Shown here: positions 9,615 through 19,041 of the stretch, one piece after another
How positions within the stretch are numbered: the stretch's first letter is position 1
How the letters are laid out: each line of letters starts with the position of its first letter
Program-made: the position numbers and the translations under genes
From: an uncultured Gammaproteobacteria bacterium
GTDB taxonomy: Bacteria; Patescibacteriota; Patescibacteriia; UBA11705
Length of the DNA: 60,123 bases
Assembly (NCBI GenBank): GCA_964592195.1
Contig: CAZQEI010000001.1
Location: forward strand, 52,885 to 113,007
Direction of reading: 5' to 3'
The notes under the pieces: model-generated
The model's input: only the letters and a program-made list of their open reading frames with translations
Told to the model about the DNA's origin: nothing
Database searches by the model: none

Positions 9615-10793
9615 ATGACAAAAGTTACCACTACCGTTGCCAATACTGTCATGGACAATTTATTGGCCAAAGATGAAAATGAAATCAAACCTCTCGAGGT
9701 CGGCCAGATGGTCAAAGGCACTGTTATCAGCTCCACTAAAACTGAAATGCTCGTCGATATTGGCGGCATCAATACCGGTATTATTCGCAAAAAAGAATTA
9801 TTTGTCGATGATGCCACTGAATTAAATTTAAATCCAGGCGACGAAATCGAAGCCATGGTTATCGACCCTGAAAATGAAATTGACATGGTTGAATTATCCT
9901 TGCGCTTTGCCGGTCATGCCAAGGCTTGGGATGCTTTATCTCAATTGCGAGATGCCAACACTATCAATAAAGCTCGTATCCTCGATGCCAACAAAGGCGG
10001 TTTATTGGTCAGCATCAATGGTGTCAACGGTTTCTTACCAGTTTCCCAATTGAACCCAGAACATTATCCTCGCGTTCCAGGTGGCGATAAGAATCGTATT
10101 TTAGAAAAATTGAAAAGCTATGTCGGTGAAGACTTTGAAGTCAAAGTTCTTGACGTAGATGAAGAACAAAATAAATTAATCGTTTCTGAAAAAGCGGCTT
10201 GGGAAGAATCTCAAAAAGATGTTCTCGACAAACACAAAGTTGGTGAATTAATCGAAGGCTCCGTGACTGCAGTCACCGACTTCGGCGTGTTCGTCCGCTT
10301 TGGTGAAAACCTCGAAGGTTTGGTCCACATTTCAGAATTAGCTTGGCAAAGAATTGACGACCCGAATGATTTATTCAAAGTCGGTCAAAGCATCCAAGCT
10401 GAAGTCATCAACATTGAAGGTTCCAAAATTTTCTTGTCAATCAAAAAATTGCAAAAAGATCCTTGGACTAACATTGAAGAAAAATACAAGATCGGTCAAA
10501 TGGTTGAAGGTAAAGTCATCAAAGCTAACCCATTCGGTTTATTCGTCGAATTGGACAATGAAATTCATGGTTTGGCTCACATTTCTGAACTTTCAGACAA
10601 ACCGGTTACCGATGTTTCTACTATTGCCAAACCTGGCGACACCATCTCTTTCCGAATTGTTTCTATTGAACCAAAAGAACATCGATTAGGTTTGAGTTTG
10701 AAGCCGGAAGAAAAAAAGACTGAGAAGTCCGCCGAAGGCGGATCCGCCTCCGGCGGAAAAGAGGAGAAAGAAGAAGAAGTAAAAGCTGAATAA
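9615..10793 (+). CDS. rpsA: 30S ribosomal protein S1 (4 S1 domains)
   Basis: ANKGGLLV...GFLPVSQL, DFGVFV...EGLVHISELAW, PFGLFVEL...GLAHISEL; ATG 9615 preferred over TTG 9579. Confidence 0.95.
   Translation: MTKVTTTVANTVMDNLLAKDENEIKPLEVGQMVKGTVISSTKTEMLVDIGGINTGIIRKKELFVDDATELNLNPGDEIEAMVIDPENEIDMVELSLRFAGHAKAWDALSQLRDANTINKARILDANKGGLLVSINGVNGFLPVSQLNPEHYPRVPGGDKNRILEKLKSYVGEDFEVKVLDVDEEQNKLIVSEKAAWEESQKDVLDKHKVGELIEGSVTAVTDFGVFVRFGENLEGLVHISELAWQRIDDPNDLFKVGQSIQAEVINIEGSKIFLSIKKLQKDPWTNIEEKYKIGQMVEGKVIKANPFGLFVELDNEIHGLAHISELSDKPVTDVSTIAKPGDTISFRIVSIEPKEHRLGLSLKPEEKKTEKSAEGGSASGGKEEKEEEVKAE
10728..10757. repeat. 30-bp double palindrome in frame inside rpsA (SAEGGSASGG)
   Basis: TCCGCCGAAGGCGGATCCGCCTCCGGCGGA, exactly 10 codons. 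Confidence 0.9.
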
Positions 10794-10810
10794 TTTAGAT
10801 TCTCAAATAG

Positions 10811-10873
10811 AAAACAGCCCCTCGGGTTGTCACGCAAGATCTTGCGTGACCACGCGAAAAAGGGGCTGTTTTT
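10811..10873 (+). terminator. rpsA terminator with a perfect palindrome in its loop
   Basis: AAAACAGCCCCT...AGGGGCTGTTTTT enclosing GTCACGCAAGATCTTGCGTGAC. Confidence 0.7.
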
Positions 10874-10887
10874 GTTTTTGCATTACA

Positions 10888-10940
10888 TTGACAATTTCCA
10901 ACCTTTAGTTTAATATAATCAATCAATCGGACATTGACAA
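10888..10940 (+). promoter_or_regulatory. sigma70 promoter plus boxA-like motif
   Basis: TTGACA-17-TAATAT, then GGACATTGACAA (10929-10940). Confidence 0.65.
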
Positions 10941-10972
10941 TTCTCCACAAAAAACCTGGGAGGGAAAACCTC

Positions 10973-11536
10973 ATGTCTAATCCCACATATTACGACAACC
11001 TACCAGCCCTGGGGATTATGTTCATCCTTTGCTCATGTTTGGCGGTTACTAGTGGTTATGAATATTATAGAAAGAATAAGATGAGAACTTTCAGTTTTTT
11101 TACCACCATGTTATTTTCTGCTTTGCAATCACTGGCATTGATTGCGTATGCCTACTTCACCGACAACCCGGCATTTCGCTGCCCGATCACTATCAACTTA
11201 GCCATTATTTTACTGGTCGAATTCTTGATCCTGTTTGAGATTCAAGCTGTCATCAAACGCAAACTGCTGATTTGCTGGCGGCATGAAAACAAACTTCCAC
11301 TGACCATTTCCCGTTATCAAATGTCGCTCGACAGTTTAATGTGGCTGGGATTCAGTGTCATCGTGGCTATCTTACTTTCATCCATTACCTTCAACCAATT
11401 CTGGCCAGCCATGGCGCTGTTCCTGCCTTATGCTCTGGGCTTCTTGTTTTTCCATACTAAACTTTCACTGATATATTTACTGTATTTGAACGAAAAGCAT
11501 TTGCGAAAAGACAAAAAAAGTCAGGAGGCAGCATGA
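10973..11536 (+). CDS. membrane protein, paralog of 11533-12060
   Basis: ATG 10973 with GGGAGGG SD; about 5 TM segments. Confidence 0.75.
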   Translation: MSNPTYYDNLPALGIMFILCSCLAVTSGYEYYRKNKMRTFSFFTTMLFSALQSLALIAYAYFTDNPAFRCPITINLAIILLVEFLILFEIQAVIKRKLLICWRHENKLPLTISRYQMSLDSLMWLGFSVIVAILLSSITFNQFWPAMALFLPYALGFLFFHTKLSLIYLLYLNEKHLRKDKKSQEAA

Positions 11537-12060
11537 ACGCAATTTGGTTCATTCTTGTCAGCATCGTAACTGTCATTTTTCTAATCTATTCGCTTTATCA
11601 GTATTATTACATTAAAGATGAAAAAGCTTTGCATATTGTTGTCATCTCAATTGCGAGCGCTGTGGCAATTATTACCACTGTATTACTTGGCCAAACAGAC
11701 GCCTACGATATTCCTTTAAGCGCTGTCCTTATCTCTCTGGGAGTAATAATGATCTATATGTTTAGAGAATTCTATCTGGCGAAAAAGAACGGGACACTGA
11801 AAACCTTGATTGACAAAAACAATATGAACTATCCCATTAAAGGTAAATCTGTTATTCTCTGGCTCGCGTTCGGATCGATTATCCCAATAATGGTCGTGGC
11901 AATATTCGCATTCTTTGGAACTCTCTCCAGTAATATCTTTTCCCAAGCATTTGAACATGGCGTTAATTTCTCCTATTTTTTCTTCTTTATTACAATAGAA
12001 CCAATCTGTATGAGCCTCCCCGCCTACCTCTGTCAACGCTTTGTAAAAGAAAATTCTTAA
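11533..12060 (+). CDS. membrane protein
   Basis: AGGAGG SD, ATGA overlap, about 5 TM segments. Confidence 0.75.
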   Translation: MNAIWFILVSIVTVIFLIYSLYQYYYIKDEKALHIVVISIASAVAIITTVLLGQTDAYDIPLSAVLISLGVIMIYMFREFYLAKKNGTLKTLIDKNNMNYPIKGKSVILWLAFGSIIPIMVVAIFAFFGTLSSNIFSQAFEHGVNFSYFFFFITIEPICMSLPAYLCQRFVKENS

Positions 12061-12189
12061 TTGATTATTTGATCAATGTTCAATGGTCAATGATCAATGA
12101 AATGGCTTATCACGGCCGTTCACCATGGTGGTGACGGTGCGTGCCACAGAAGTCCTGGCTGAGCTGGGGCGAACTTCGTGGAGGGTGCC

Positions 12190-12708
12190 ATGAACGGATT
12201 TGTGAACCTGCGATTTCCCTATTCAATGTTCAGAGTGAACAAGGTTGGATTACCGACAGGAAGAAGTTCAAACTTGATCTCTAAAGAAGAGGCCGTGGTT
12301 AGAACTAAATTCAAAAAGACTCCTTTTGCTACGTATTTTCCCATTTACAAACTGAATAACACCAACCAAATTCGAGTTCATCAAGATTATTTTGAAGTGC
12401 AAGTCCCTCTTAAGTTCAATCCTGCTACTGGAAAACTAATGTTTGATTTCGATGTTGAGAAGTTCACACCCCTGGATGTTTTCATTTTTTGCAATGCCCA
12501 TGTCATCCCTGCCTACGGAGAAAAAATGGACTGCGGTGTGGTAAATCACGAAGATGGCACTGTTCTCATTTATCACAATCCCAGCGAAAAATTCAACAGC
12601 CGCATGGCTTTGGAAATCAGCTCCAAGACTATGGCTGGTGCAACAAATCTGCTTCTTGGTACTTTTGAACGGCGCATCAAACCCGCCAATCCCTGGTTTC
12701 AGGCATAA
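12190..12708 (+). CDS. hypothetical protein
   Basis: ATG 12190 with GGAGGG SD; terminator GCTTCC/GGAAGC-T6 at 12721-12744. Confidence 0.7.
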   Translation: MNGFVNLRFPYSMFRVNKVGLPTGRSSNLISKEEAVVRTKFKKTPFATYFPIYKLNNTNQIRVHQDYFEVQVPLKFNPATGKLMFDFDVEKFTPLDVFIFCNAHVIPAYGEKMDCGVVNHEDGTVLIYHNPSEKFNSRMALEISSKTMAGATNLLLGTFERRIKPANPWFQA

Positions 12709-12769
12709 TTAAATTAAATCGCTTCCTATCATGGAAGCTTTTTTGTTTCAAAGAACTATGCATACGTGC

Positions 12770-12876
12770 CTACAGATGCTACAGATATCTAAAGTGTTTT
12801 AGTTCTCTACAGATACTACGGATTTCAAATCCCACATCCGTAGCATCTGCATTATGTTATCCGTAGCATCCGTAGC
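12770..12876. repeat. TACAGAT/ATCCGTAG-family intergenic element
   Basis: Left arm of TACAGAT/TACGGAT units, right arm of ATCCGTAG units; relatives at 20975-21078, 54788-54907, 58257-58296. Confidence 0.75.
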
Positions 12877-12895
12877 TTTGTATTTCAATATTAAT

Positions 12896-12930
12896 TAAAC
12901 AAAAAACACCGCCCTTTTCGACGGTGCAAA
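12896..12930 (-). terminator. pyrBI terminator, near-identical to 54929-54962
   Basis: GCACCGTC-GAAAA-GGGCGGTG-TTTTTT on the minus strand. Confidence 0.75.
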
Positions 12931-12934
12931 CTTA

Positions 12935-14515
12935 TTAAATCAAATCACCAACATCAATCGGTTTGTCGCAGAAGTCGCAACAATATGAGTTGTCAGCGAG
13001 TCGACGGAAACGAGGGAGCACATGCTCATTAAACTCAGGACGAGTAATGCAACCGCCCTTGGGGACTCCGGTCTTTTGATCGTAAACAATATTTGAACAT
13101 TTACCAATACCTTCAATCAACGCCGGCCGTCTCAGATCGAACTTACCAGCCACTTTTCCTTCACGAATATCATTCCACGTCGTCAACTCTCCACAAATTT
13201 TCACATCACCAGACAAAGCGGCCAAGACTTTTCTCTCGCGAGGATTCGGTGACCAATTTTCCACCATCAACAAACCTTTAACTTTCGACGGATCACTGCG
13301 CTTGCGCACATTCCCGCCGCGCCAAACATGATTTTCCAAATTAAATTCTTTCACCAAACGAGGCACAATACCAACCGGCAGATGATCAATCACCGTGCCC
13401 CAATCGCGAATCGGCAAGATACTATATTCATATTCAACCGCTTTAGGGGTAATAATTCTGGGGAATTCAAATTCATCATGAACCTCATTTTTCACTTTTG
13501 GTTCACCTTCGAAATCATCACCCCATCCTAGAAAGAAATTACCGAAAATCGACATGCGAGTCGGCACTCCACCACCAGCTTGATTAAAGTAGAATTGATA
13601 TACAGTGTCGTCCAAATCAGGAGCAATTTCAGGAAAATATTTGTTGATCGGGAGGGGATGAAGCAAGAAGAAACCAGGTTTAACATATTGCATATGCTCT
13701 GCTCTGAAATTACAATCTCGTCTGGCCTTTTCCAACTTTGAAGTATCAGAAATTCTTTTGGTTTGAAACCGCAGGGAGACGGCAAAATCAGCGTTTCTTA
13801 ATATTTTTTCATCTAAGCCACTCACTTGTTCATAGGTGCTTCCGAGCGACTCCACCAATCGGCAATACTCTTTTGGCATTTGGAATTCATCATGGGCAAC
13901 AAAATAGAAATGCACACCGTGTGAGCCAAAACTTTTTACCATGGAGTGAGGGACCCGACCATAAAGCAAATCACCGGACAAAATAATATTAAGGCCTTTT
14001 AACGAATATTCATTTCTTGCCAATCTACCGGTCTTCTTCAAAATGGCAAACAAATCCAGCAAAGTTTGAGACGGATGCTCATGCATACCATCGCCACCAT
14101 TCACCACGCCGACATTATGCTTGGCCATTATTTCAGATACATATTGCGCTGCGCCATCCAAATTATGTCTCATGACAATCCCTTGAGCTCTCATCACTCG
14201 CAACATTTCCAAGGTATGACGCAACGATTCACCTTTTTCCAAAACCGAAGTGCCTTCCAACGATCCAAAACCGCTCACGGAAAAACCTAAACGTTTTAAG
14301 GCTTCTTCGGAACTCAGTCTAGTGCGAGTACTATCTTCAAAAAAACAAGAGGCAAACATATGATACTCGTTTTCAGGACAAGCAAACGGTGGCACCAATC
14401 TTTTACGCAAAGCTATCTGCTCTTCTGCCCAGGCCGCTTTCTTCATCAAATGCCGCACTTCATCCGGACTTAAATCGTCAATGGAAATCAGCGATCTGCC
14501 CTTGAATGGATTCAA
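12935..14515 (-). CDS. pyrB: aspartate carbamoyltransferase, fused catalytic + regulatory (PyrB-PyrI)
   Basis: FFEDSTRT, GESL, RH, HEHPSQTLLD, GDL..GRV.HS, HPLP; C-terminal PyrI motifs GTVIDHL and Zn site C..N...CIT...CDFC; TTG start with GGGAGG SD. Confidence 0.9.
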   Translation of the reverse strand: MNPFKGRSLISIDDLSPDEVRHLMKKAAWAEEQIALRKRLVPPFACPENEYHMFASCFFEDSTRTRLSSEEALKRLGFSVSGFGSLEGTSVLEKGESLRHTLEMLRVMRAQGIVMRHNLDGAAQYVSEIMAKHNVGVVNGGDGMHEHPSQTLLDLFAILKKTGRLARNEYSLKGLNIILSGDLLYGRVPHSMVKSFGSHGVHFYFVAHDEFQMPKEYCRLVESLGSTYEQVSGLDEKILRNADFAVSLRFQTKRISDTSKLEKARRDCNFRAEHMQYVKPGFFLLHPLPINKYFPEIAPDLDDTVYQFYFNQAGGGVPTRMSIFGNFFLGWGDDFEGEPKVKNEVHDEFEFPRIITPKAVEYEYSILPIRDWGTVIDHLPVGIVPRLVKEFNLENHVWRGGNVRKRSDPSKVKGLLMVENWSPNPRERKVLAALSGDVKICGELTTWNDIREGKVAGKFDLRRPALIEGIGKCSNIVYDQKTGVPKGGCITRPEFNEHVLPRFRRLADNSYCCDFCDKPIDVGDLI

Positions 14516-14549
14516 GTCTACCTCCCTTACCCCGATTAAGGGGGTTTGG

Positions 14550-14601
14550 TTGTTAACGAACCAAATTATCTATATATTAGGTTATTTAGTGGTTAAGTCA
14601 A
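14550..14601 (-). promoter_or_regulatory. sigma70 promoter plus boxA-like motif
   Basis: TTGACT-16-TAATAT, then GTTCGTTAACAA (14561-14550). Confidence 0.6.
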
Positions 14602-14663
14602 TGCTTAACTGGGGATGAAATTTACTAATAGTCAAAAATCCTAAGCACTAAATCTTAAATTCT

Positions 14664-14693
14664 TCCGCCAAAGGCGGATCCGCCTCAGGCGGA
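14664..14693. repeat. 30-bp double palindrome
   Basis: TCCGCCAAAGGCGGATCCGCCTCAGGCGGA; hybrid variant at 14760-14788. Confidence 0.85.
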
Positions 14694-14820
14694 AAAGAAG
14701 GTTGTTATTTTAAAAGGACACAAGAATACTTTTAGCAAATTGCTTTTTTGTTTTATTGTCCCGCGAAGCGGGATCCGCCTCTGGCGGGCTTTCTTGTTTT
14801 CTTGCTAATCTAACCATCCC

Positions 14821-15076
14821 TTGTCAATCTCATTTCCTTTTGCTACTATATAAATGTTCACAAATAAATAACATTAGACGTATTTGAAGTTTCCGACAAG
14901 TGAAGATTTTTGGCTAAATTATAAGCAAACAGACTTATATCTCTCCTATACTATGGAATTAAAATTAACAAATCTGACTCTTTTTAAGAACTAATCACTG
15001 GTTAGAGCTGATTTTTAATTTTTCGCCAAAATCAAACTTCTCAAAAGCTTCTCTTACGACCAAGTGAGAGAATTTT
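14821..15076 (+). promoter_or_regulatory. rny promoter and ~220-nt structured leader
   Basis: TTGTCA-17-TACTAT (14821-14849); long-range stems; hairpin TTCTCTTAC/GTGAGAGAA just before the ATG. Confidence 0.55.
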
Positions 15077-16594
15077 ATGTATTATGCCATTATTGCGGTC
15101 GTCGCAATGGGACTTGGGCTCCTCTTTGGATATTTTTTAAGAAAGAAAGTGGCGCAATCAGAAGCGAACTCAATCGAGGCCAAAACCATCGCTATGGTGG
15201 AAGAAGCTAAGAACAAGGAACGCGAAATATTGCTCCAAGCCAAAGATAAAGCTATCAAGATCATTGACGAGGCCAAACAAGAAGAACATACTCGCAGACA
15301 AGAAATGCAAAATTTGCAACATCGTCTAGAAAAGCGAGAAACCCTCTTTGATCAAAAATTGTTAGATCTCGAAAACAAGCAAACAAAACTTCAAGACAAG
15401 GCTAAAGAGATCGAAGAGATCAAAGAACAAATCAAACAAATCAAGACTGATCAATTGGACAAGCTCCAAAAGATCGCCGGTATGAATAAAGAAGGCGCGT
15501 TAAAAGTTCTCATGGATAATGTGGAACGAGAAAACGAAGAAACTTTATTGAACCGCATTAAAAAGTTAGAAACAGAATCAGTGACCGAATTGGAACGCCG
15601 AGGCAAGTTAACTCTCGCCAACGTGATTCAACGATGCTCAGTCAATCACTCCACTGAAATGACCACTACCACCATTGATATTCCAAATGATGAAATGAAA
15701 GGACGAATCATCGGTCGTGAAGGTCGAAACATTCGTACTATTGAACAATTGACCGGTGTAGAAATCGTAGTTGATGATACTCCAAATGCCATCACTATTT
15801 CCGGCTTCTCCCCTATTCGTCGTCATGTGGCCAAGAAAGCTTTGGAAAAATTAATCGTCGATGGTCGCATTCATCCAGCCAAAATTGAAACTGCTGTGGA
15901 AGATGCGAAAAAAGAAATCGCTGTGGAAATCCAAAAAGCTGGTGATGATGCTGCTTATGAAGTCGGTATTGCTGGCATGGACAACAAGATCATTCAAATC
16001 ATCGGACGTTTAAAATACCGAACCAGTTACGGACAAAATGTTTTGCAACACACAATTGAGGTTGCCACTTTGTCCGCATTATTAGCCGAACAATTAGGTG
16101 CTGATGTGAACTTAGCTCGCAAGGCTGGTTTCTTGCACGATATTGGTAAAGCGGTGGATCATGAAATCCAAGGTACTCACGTGGAAATCGGCGCTGATAT
16201 TTGTCGCAAGTTCGGTATCTCCGAAGACATTATCAAGGCAGCCATGCAACACCACGAAGATCATCCGGAAACTTTGGAAGGTATCATTATCAAAACTGCT
16301 GATGCCATTTCCGGCGCTCGTCCTGGTGCTCGTAAAGACACTTATGAACGCTACATTCAACGGTTAACCGAACTGGAAACTTTAGCCAAGACTTTCGAAG
16401 GCGTAGACAAAACTTTTGCCATCCAAGCCGGTCGCGAAGTTCGCGTGTTTGTGAAAGCTGATGTAGTCAGCGATTTACAATCAGAAAAGATTGCCAAAGA
16501 AATCGCCAAAAAGATTGAAGCTGAATTGAAGTATCCGGGTGAAATCAAAGTCACCGTCATTCGTGAAAATAGAATTATTGAATACGCTCGATAA
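15077..16594 (+). CDS. rny: ribonuclease Y
   Basis: N-terminal TM, coiled coil, KH (KGRIIGREGRNIR), HD domain (RTSYGQNVL.H, LHDIGK). Confidence 0.97.
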   Translation: MYYAIIAVVAMGLGLLFGYFLRKKVAQSEANSIEAKTIAMVEEAKNKEREILLQAKDKAIKIIDEAKQEEHTRRQEMQNLQHRLEKRETLFDQKLLDLENKQTKLQDKAKEIEEIKEQIKQIKTDQLDKLQKIAGMNKEGALKVLMDNVERENEETLLNRIKKLETESVTELERRGKLTLANVIQRCSVNHSTEMTTTTIDIPNDEMKGRIIGREGRNIRTIEQLTGVEIVVDDTPNAITISGFSPIRRHVAKKALEKLIVDGRIHPAKIETAVEDAKKEIAVEIQKAGDDAAYEVGIAGMDNKIIQIIGRLKYRTSYGQNVLQHTIEVATLSALLAEQLGADVNLARKAGFLHDIGKAVDHEIQGTHVEIGADICRKFGISEDIIKAAMQHHEDHPETLEGIIIKTADAISGARPGARKDTYERYIQRLTELETLAKTFEGVDKTFAIQAGREVRVFVKADVVSDLQSEKIAKEIAKKIEAELKYPGEIKVTVIRENRIIEYAR

Positions 16595-16601
16595 TCATAT
16601 A

Positions 16602-16631
16602 AAAATGCTCCGCTTCGGCGGAGTGTTTTTT
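16602..16631 (+). terminator. rny terminator
   Basis: ATGCTCCGC-TTCG-GCGGAGTGT-TTTTT. Confidence 0.8.
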
Positions 16632-16864
16632 ATTTATGCGATTACCATTCCCATCAATCTTATCGGAACTCGCAAAGGAATTAGACTACCTACTCTTCGC
16701 CCTTTATTCTCTTTATCTCTTTATCCTCTTTATTCTCTCCTAAAGAATTTGGCAAAAACTAGCAAATTTGATACAATACGAATATTCGAATCAGTTTCGA
16801 ATGTGTACGAATTATTATAAGATTTGTAATTCGAAAAAATTCGTATTTAATTCGTATATTCGTA

Positions 16865-17671
16865 ATGCCTATGAAGACATTTAACATCCTATTCTTCGGA
16901 GACGTAGTTGGTAAACCAGGCCGACATGCTTTAATTAAGAAACTTCCGGAATTTAGAAAAAAATACAAAGCTGATTTCGTGATTGCCAATGGTGAAAATA
17001 TTGCGCATGGTTTTGGCATGACAGTAAAAACCACTAAAGAATTAATGGACGCTGGAGTGGATTTTTTCACCTCTGGTAATCATATTTTCAAAAACCCGGT
17101 TGATCTCGATGTAATATTGAAAGACTATCCAGTTATTCGTCCGGCCAATTACCCTGTGGGTACCGAAGGTCGAGGACAAAAGTTAATTGAAGTTAACGGA
17201 GTTAAAATATTAATCATTAATATTATTGGCGAAGCTTTTTTCCGAGATGATTATGCCAACCCATTCAAAACTCTAGATAAAATTATAAAACGACAAACGA
17301 AATATAAACCGCAAATTACAATTCTAGATTTCCATGCTGAAGCTACCAGTGAAAAAAAATGTATTGGTGAATATGCTGACGGTCGCGTTTCCCTCGTTGT
17401 CGGAACACATACTCATGTTCAAACTGCGGATGAACAAGTGTTACCAAAAGGCACCGCCTACATTACTGACGCTGGTATGGTAGGCTTGAAACACTCTTCA
17501 TTGGGAATGGACTTCAAAAACATTTTAAGAAACTTTCTCGAGGATACAGCTGAACCAAAACTTATCCCCGACCATGGGCATTGCATAATCAATGGTATTT
17601 TTGCTAAAATATATGTAGATACAGGACTAGCCCAGAGCATTGAGAGAATCGCGGAAGAAGTAACAGTTTAG
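16865..17671 (+). CDS. ymdB: YmdB/TIGR00282-family metallophosphoesterase
   Basis: GDVVGKPGR, NGEN, TSGNH, DFHAEATSEK, GTHTHVQTAD; follows rny as usual. Confidence 0.93.
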   Translation: MPMKTFNILFFGDVVGKPGRHALIKKLPEFRKKYKADFVIANGENIAHGFGMTVKTTKELMDAGVDFFTSGNHIFKNPVDLDVILKDYPVIRPANYPVGTEGRGQKLIEVNGVKILIINIIGEAFFRDDYANPFKTLDKIIKRQTKYKPQITILDFHAEATSEKKCIGEYADGRVSLVVGTHTHVQTADEQVLPKGTAYITDAGMVGLKHSSLGMDFKNILRNFLEDTAEPKLIPDHGHCIINGIFAKIYVDTGLAQSIERIAEEVTV

Positions 17672-17819
17672 AATCATTGACCAATGAACAAGGATCATTG
17701 ATCAAATAAAAAAGTAATTCCGGACTTATAAACTTACTCACTTAAAAACTTACAAACTTAAATAATATTAACACGGTGTGGCGAATTAAACCTTTCCCCA
17801 CTCCGCGCCTTTATCTAAT

Positions 17820-18125
17820 ATGAATAAAGCCACATTGGCCAACGTGATCTCCGACAAAATCGGCGTAACAAAGAAGCAAGCCGAAGAAATGCTCGATGTA
17901 ATGGTGGAAACCGTTATCAAAGAGCTTCAAAACAATGGTGAAGTCACCATCACTGGCTTCGGTACTTTCTCATCCTTCATCCGCAAGGGTCGTGAAGGCG
18001 TCAATCCTCAAAAGCCGGAATTGAAAATCAACATCAATCCGACCAAAGTCGCTCGCTTTAAACCAGGTAGCACTTTGAAGAAAGCCATGAAGAGCGCTCA
18101 AACACCAGCAGCTCCAGCTGTCTAA
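17820..18125 (+). CDS. hup: HU-family DNA-binding protein
   Basis: MNK..L, GFGTF, R.GVNP, F.PG..LK. Confidence 0.93.
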   Translation: MNKATLANVISDKIGVTKKQAEEMLDVMVETVIKELQNNGEVTITGFGTFSSFIRKGREGVNPQKPELKININPTKVARFKPGSTLKKAMKSAQTPAAPAV

Positions 18126-18139
18126 ATTAAATCTCAAGC

Positions 18140-18165
18140 AAAATATCCCGTTTCGGGATATTTTT
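18140..18165 (+). terminator. HU terminator
   Basis: AAAATATCCCG-TTT-CGGGATATTTTT. Confidence 0.75.
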
Positions 18166-18333
18166 GTTTATTAATGATTGAGCCTTTCGGCTCGTCCTTT
18201 TGTGACCAAAAGGACCAAAAGTCCTGGGGCTCCGTTACTCGCGCTCATTGTTTAAGTGAGTGCGACTCGCCGGGGCGAAAGCTCCGCCCCAGACCCCGCC
18301 CGATAAAATTAGTTCGTGATTATTTAAATAACT

Positions 18334-18362
18334 TTGACTACATTGGAATAAACTAATATAAT
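18334..18362 (+). promoter_or_regulatory. sigma70 promoter for hsp20
   Basis: TTGACT-17-TATAAT. Confidence 0.7.
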
Positions 18363-18381
18363 GTAGAGGTAAAAACCGCTT

Positions 18382-18903
18382 ATGAGTCAAACAACAAAAA
18401 ATTCTATTCCAATTTGGCAAAAGCATTTGGATGAACTGCACAACGAAGATAGCGCTCCGCAGTTTTTTATCAACCAAATAAAAAAACATCATCATCGAGA
18501 ATTGCTTGACCCTCAGCATGACTTTTATGTTTCGCCTTTTGACAAAGAAGAACTCCTAGCCGCCACTGAAGGCCAACTGTCTTTAGATGTTTTTCAAACT
18601 GAAAACGAGATTATTGTTAAAGCCGCCATCGCTGGTGTACAACCGGAAGATGTAGAAATTATTGTTGAAAATGATATTTTAACTATTCGCGGTGAACGCT
18701 TCAATGACGAAACTGAAAGTTATCATGACTATCTCTATCAAGAATGTTATTGGGGACGTTTTTCCCGCAGTATTATACTCCCTCACGACATTGACGCCGA
18801 TAATATTACCGCAGTAATAAAAAACGGCATTCTGAAAATTACTTTGCCAAAAGTTGTTCGCAATGTAAACAAAAAAATTTCTGTTCACGAAATCGAAAAT
18901 TGA
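18382..18903 (+). CDS. Hsp20/alpha-crystallin small heat-shock protein
   Basis: AGV..EDVEI, LTIRGER, ECYWGRFSRSIILP, NGILKITLPK. Confidence 0.92.
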   Translation: MSQTTKNSIPIWQKHLDELHNEDSAPQFFINQIKKHHHRELLDPQHDFYVSPFDKEELLAATEGQLSLDVFQTENEIIVKAAIAGVQPEDVEIIVENDILTIRGERFNDETESYHDYLYQECYWGRFSRSIILPHDIDADNITAVIKNGILKITLPKVVRNVNKKISVHEIEN

Positions 18904-19041
18904 CTTGACTAAGGCGTTTCCGACTGTTTGGAGAACGAATCAATCACTATCAAATCCTATCAGTCGACGCGCTTGAATGGTCAACATTCGACTCGGCGAC
19001 ACCTTGGCGCTTATTTTTTTTCAAAAATAATTATAAACAAT

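Noticed and set aside
18300-18381. CIRCE upstream of hsp20
   Set aside because: No TTAGCACTC-N9-GAGTGCTAA-like repeat visible, unlike at groES
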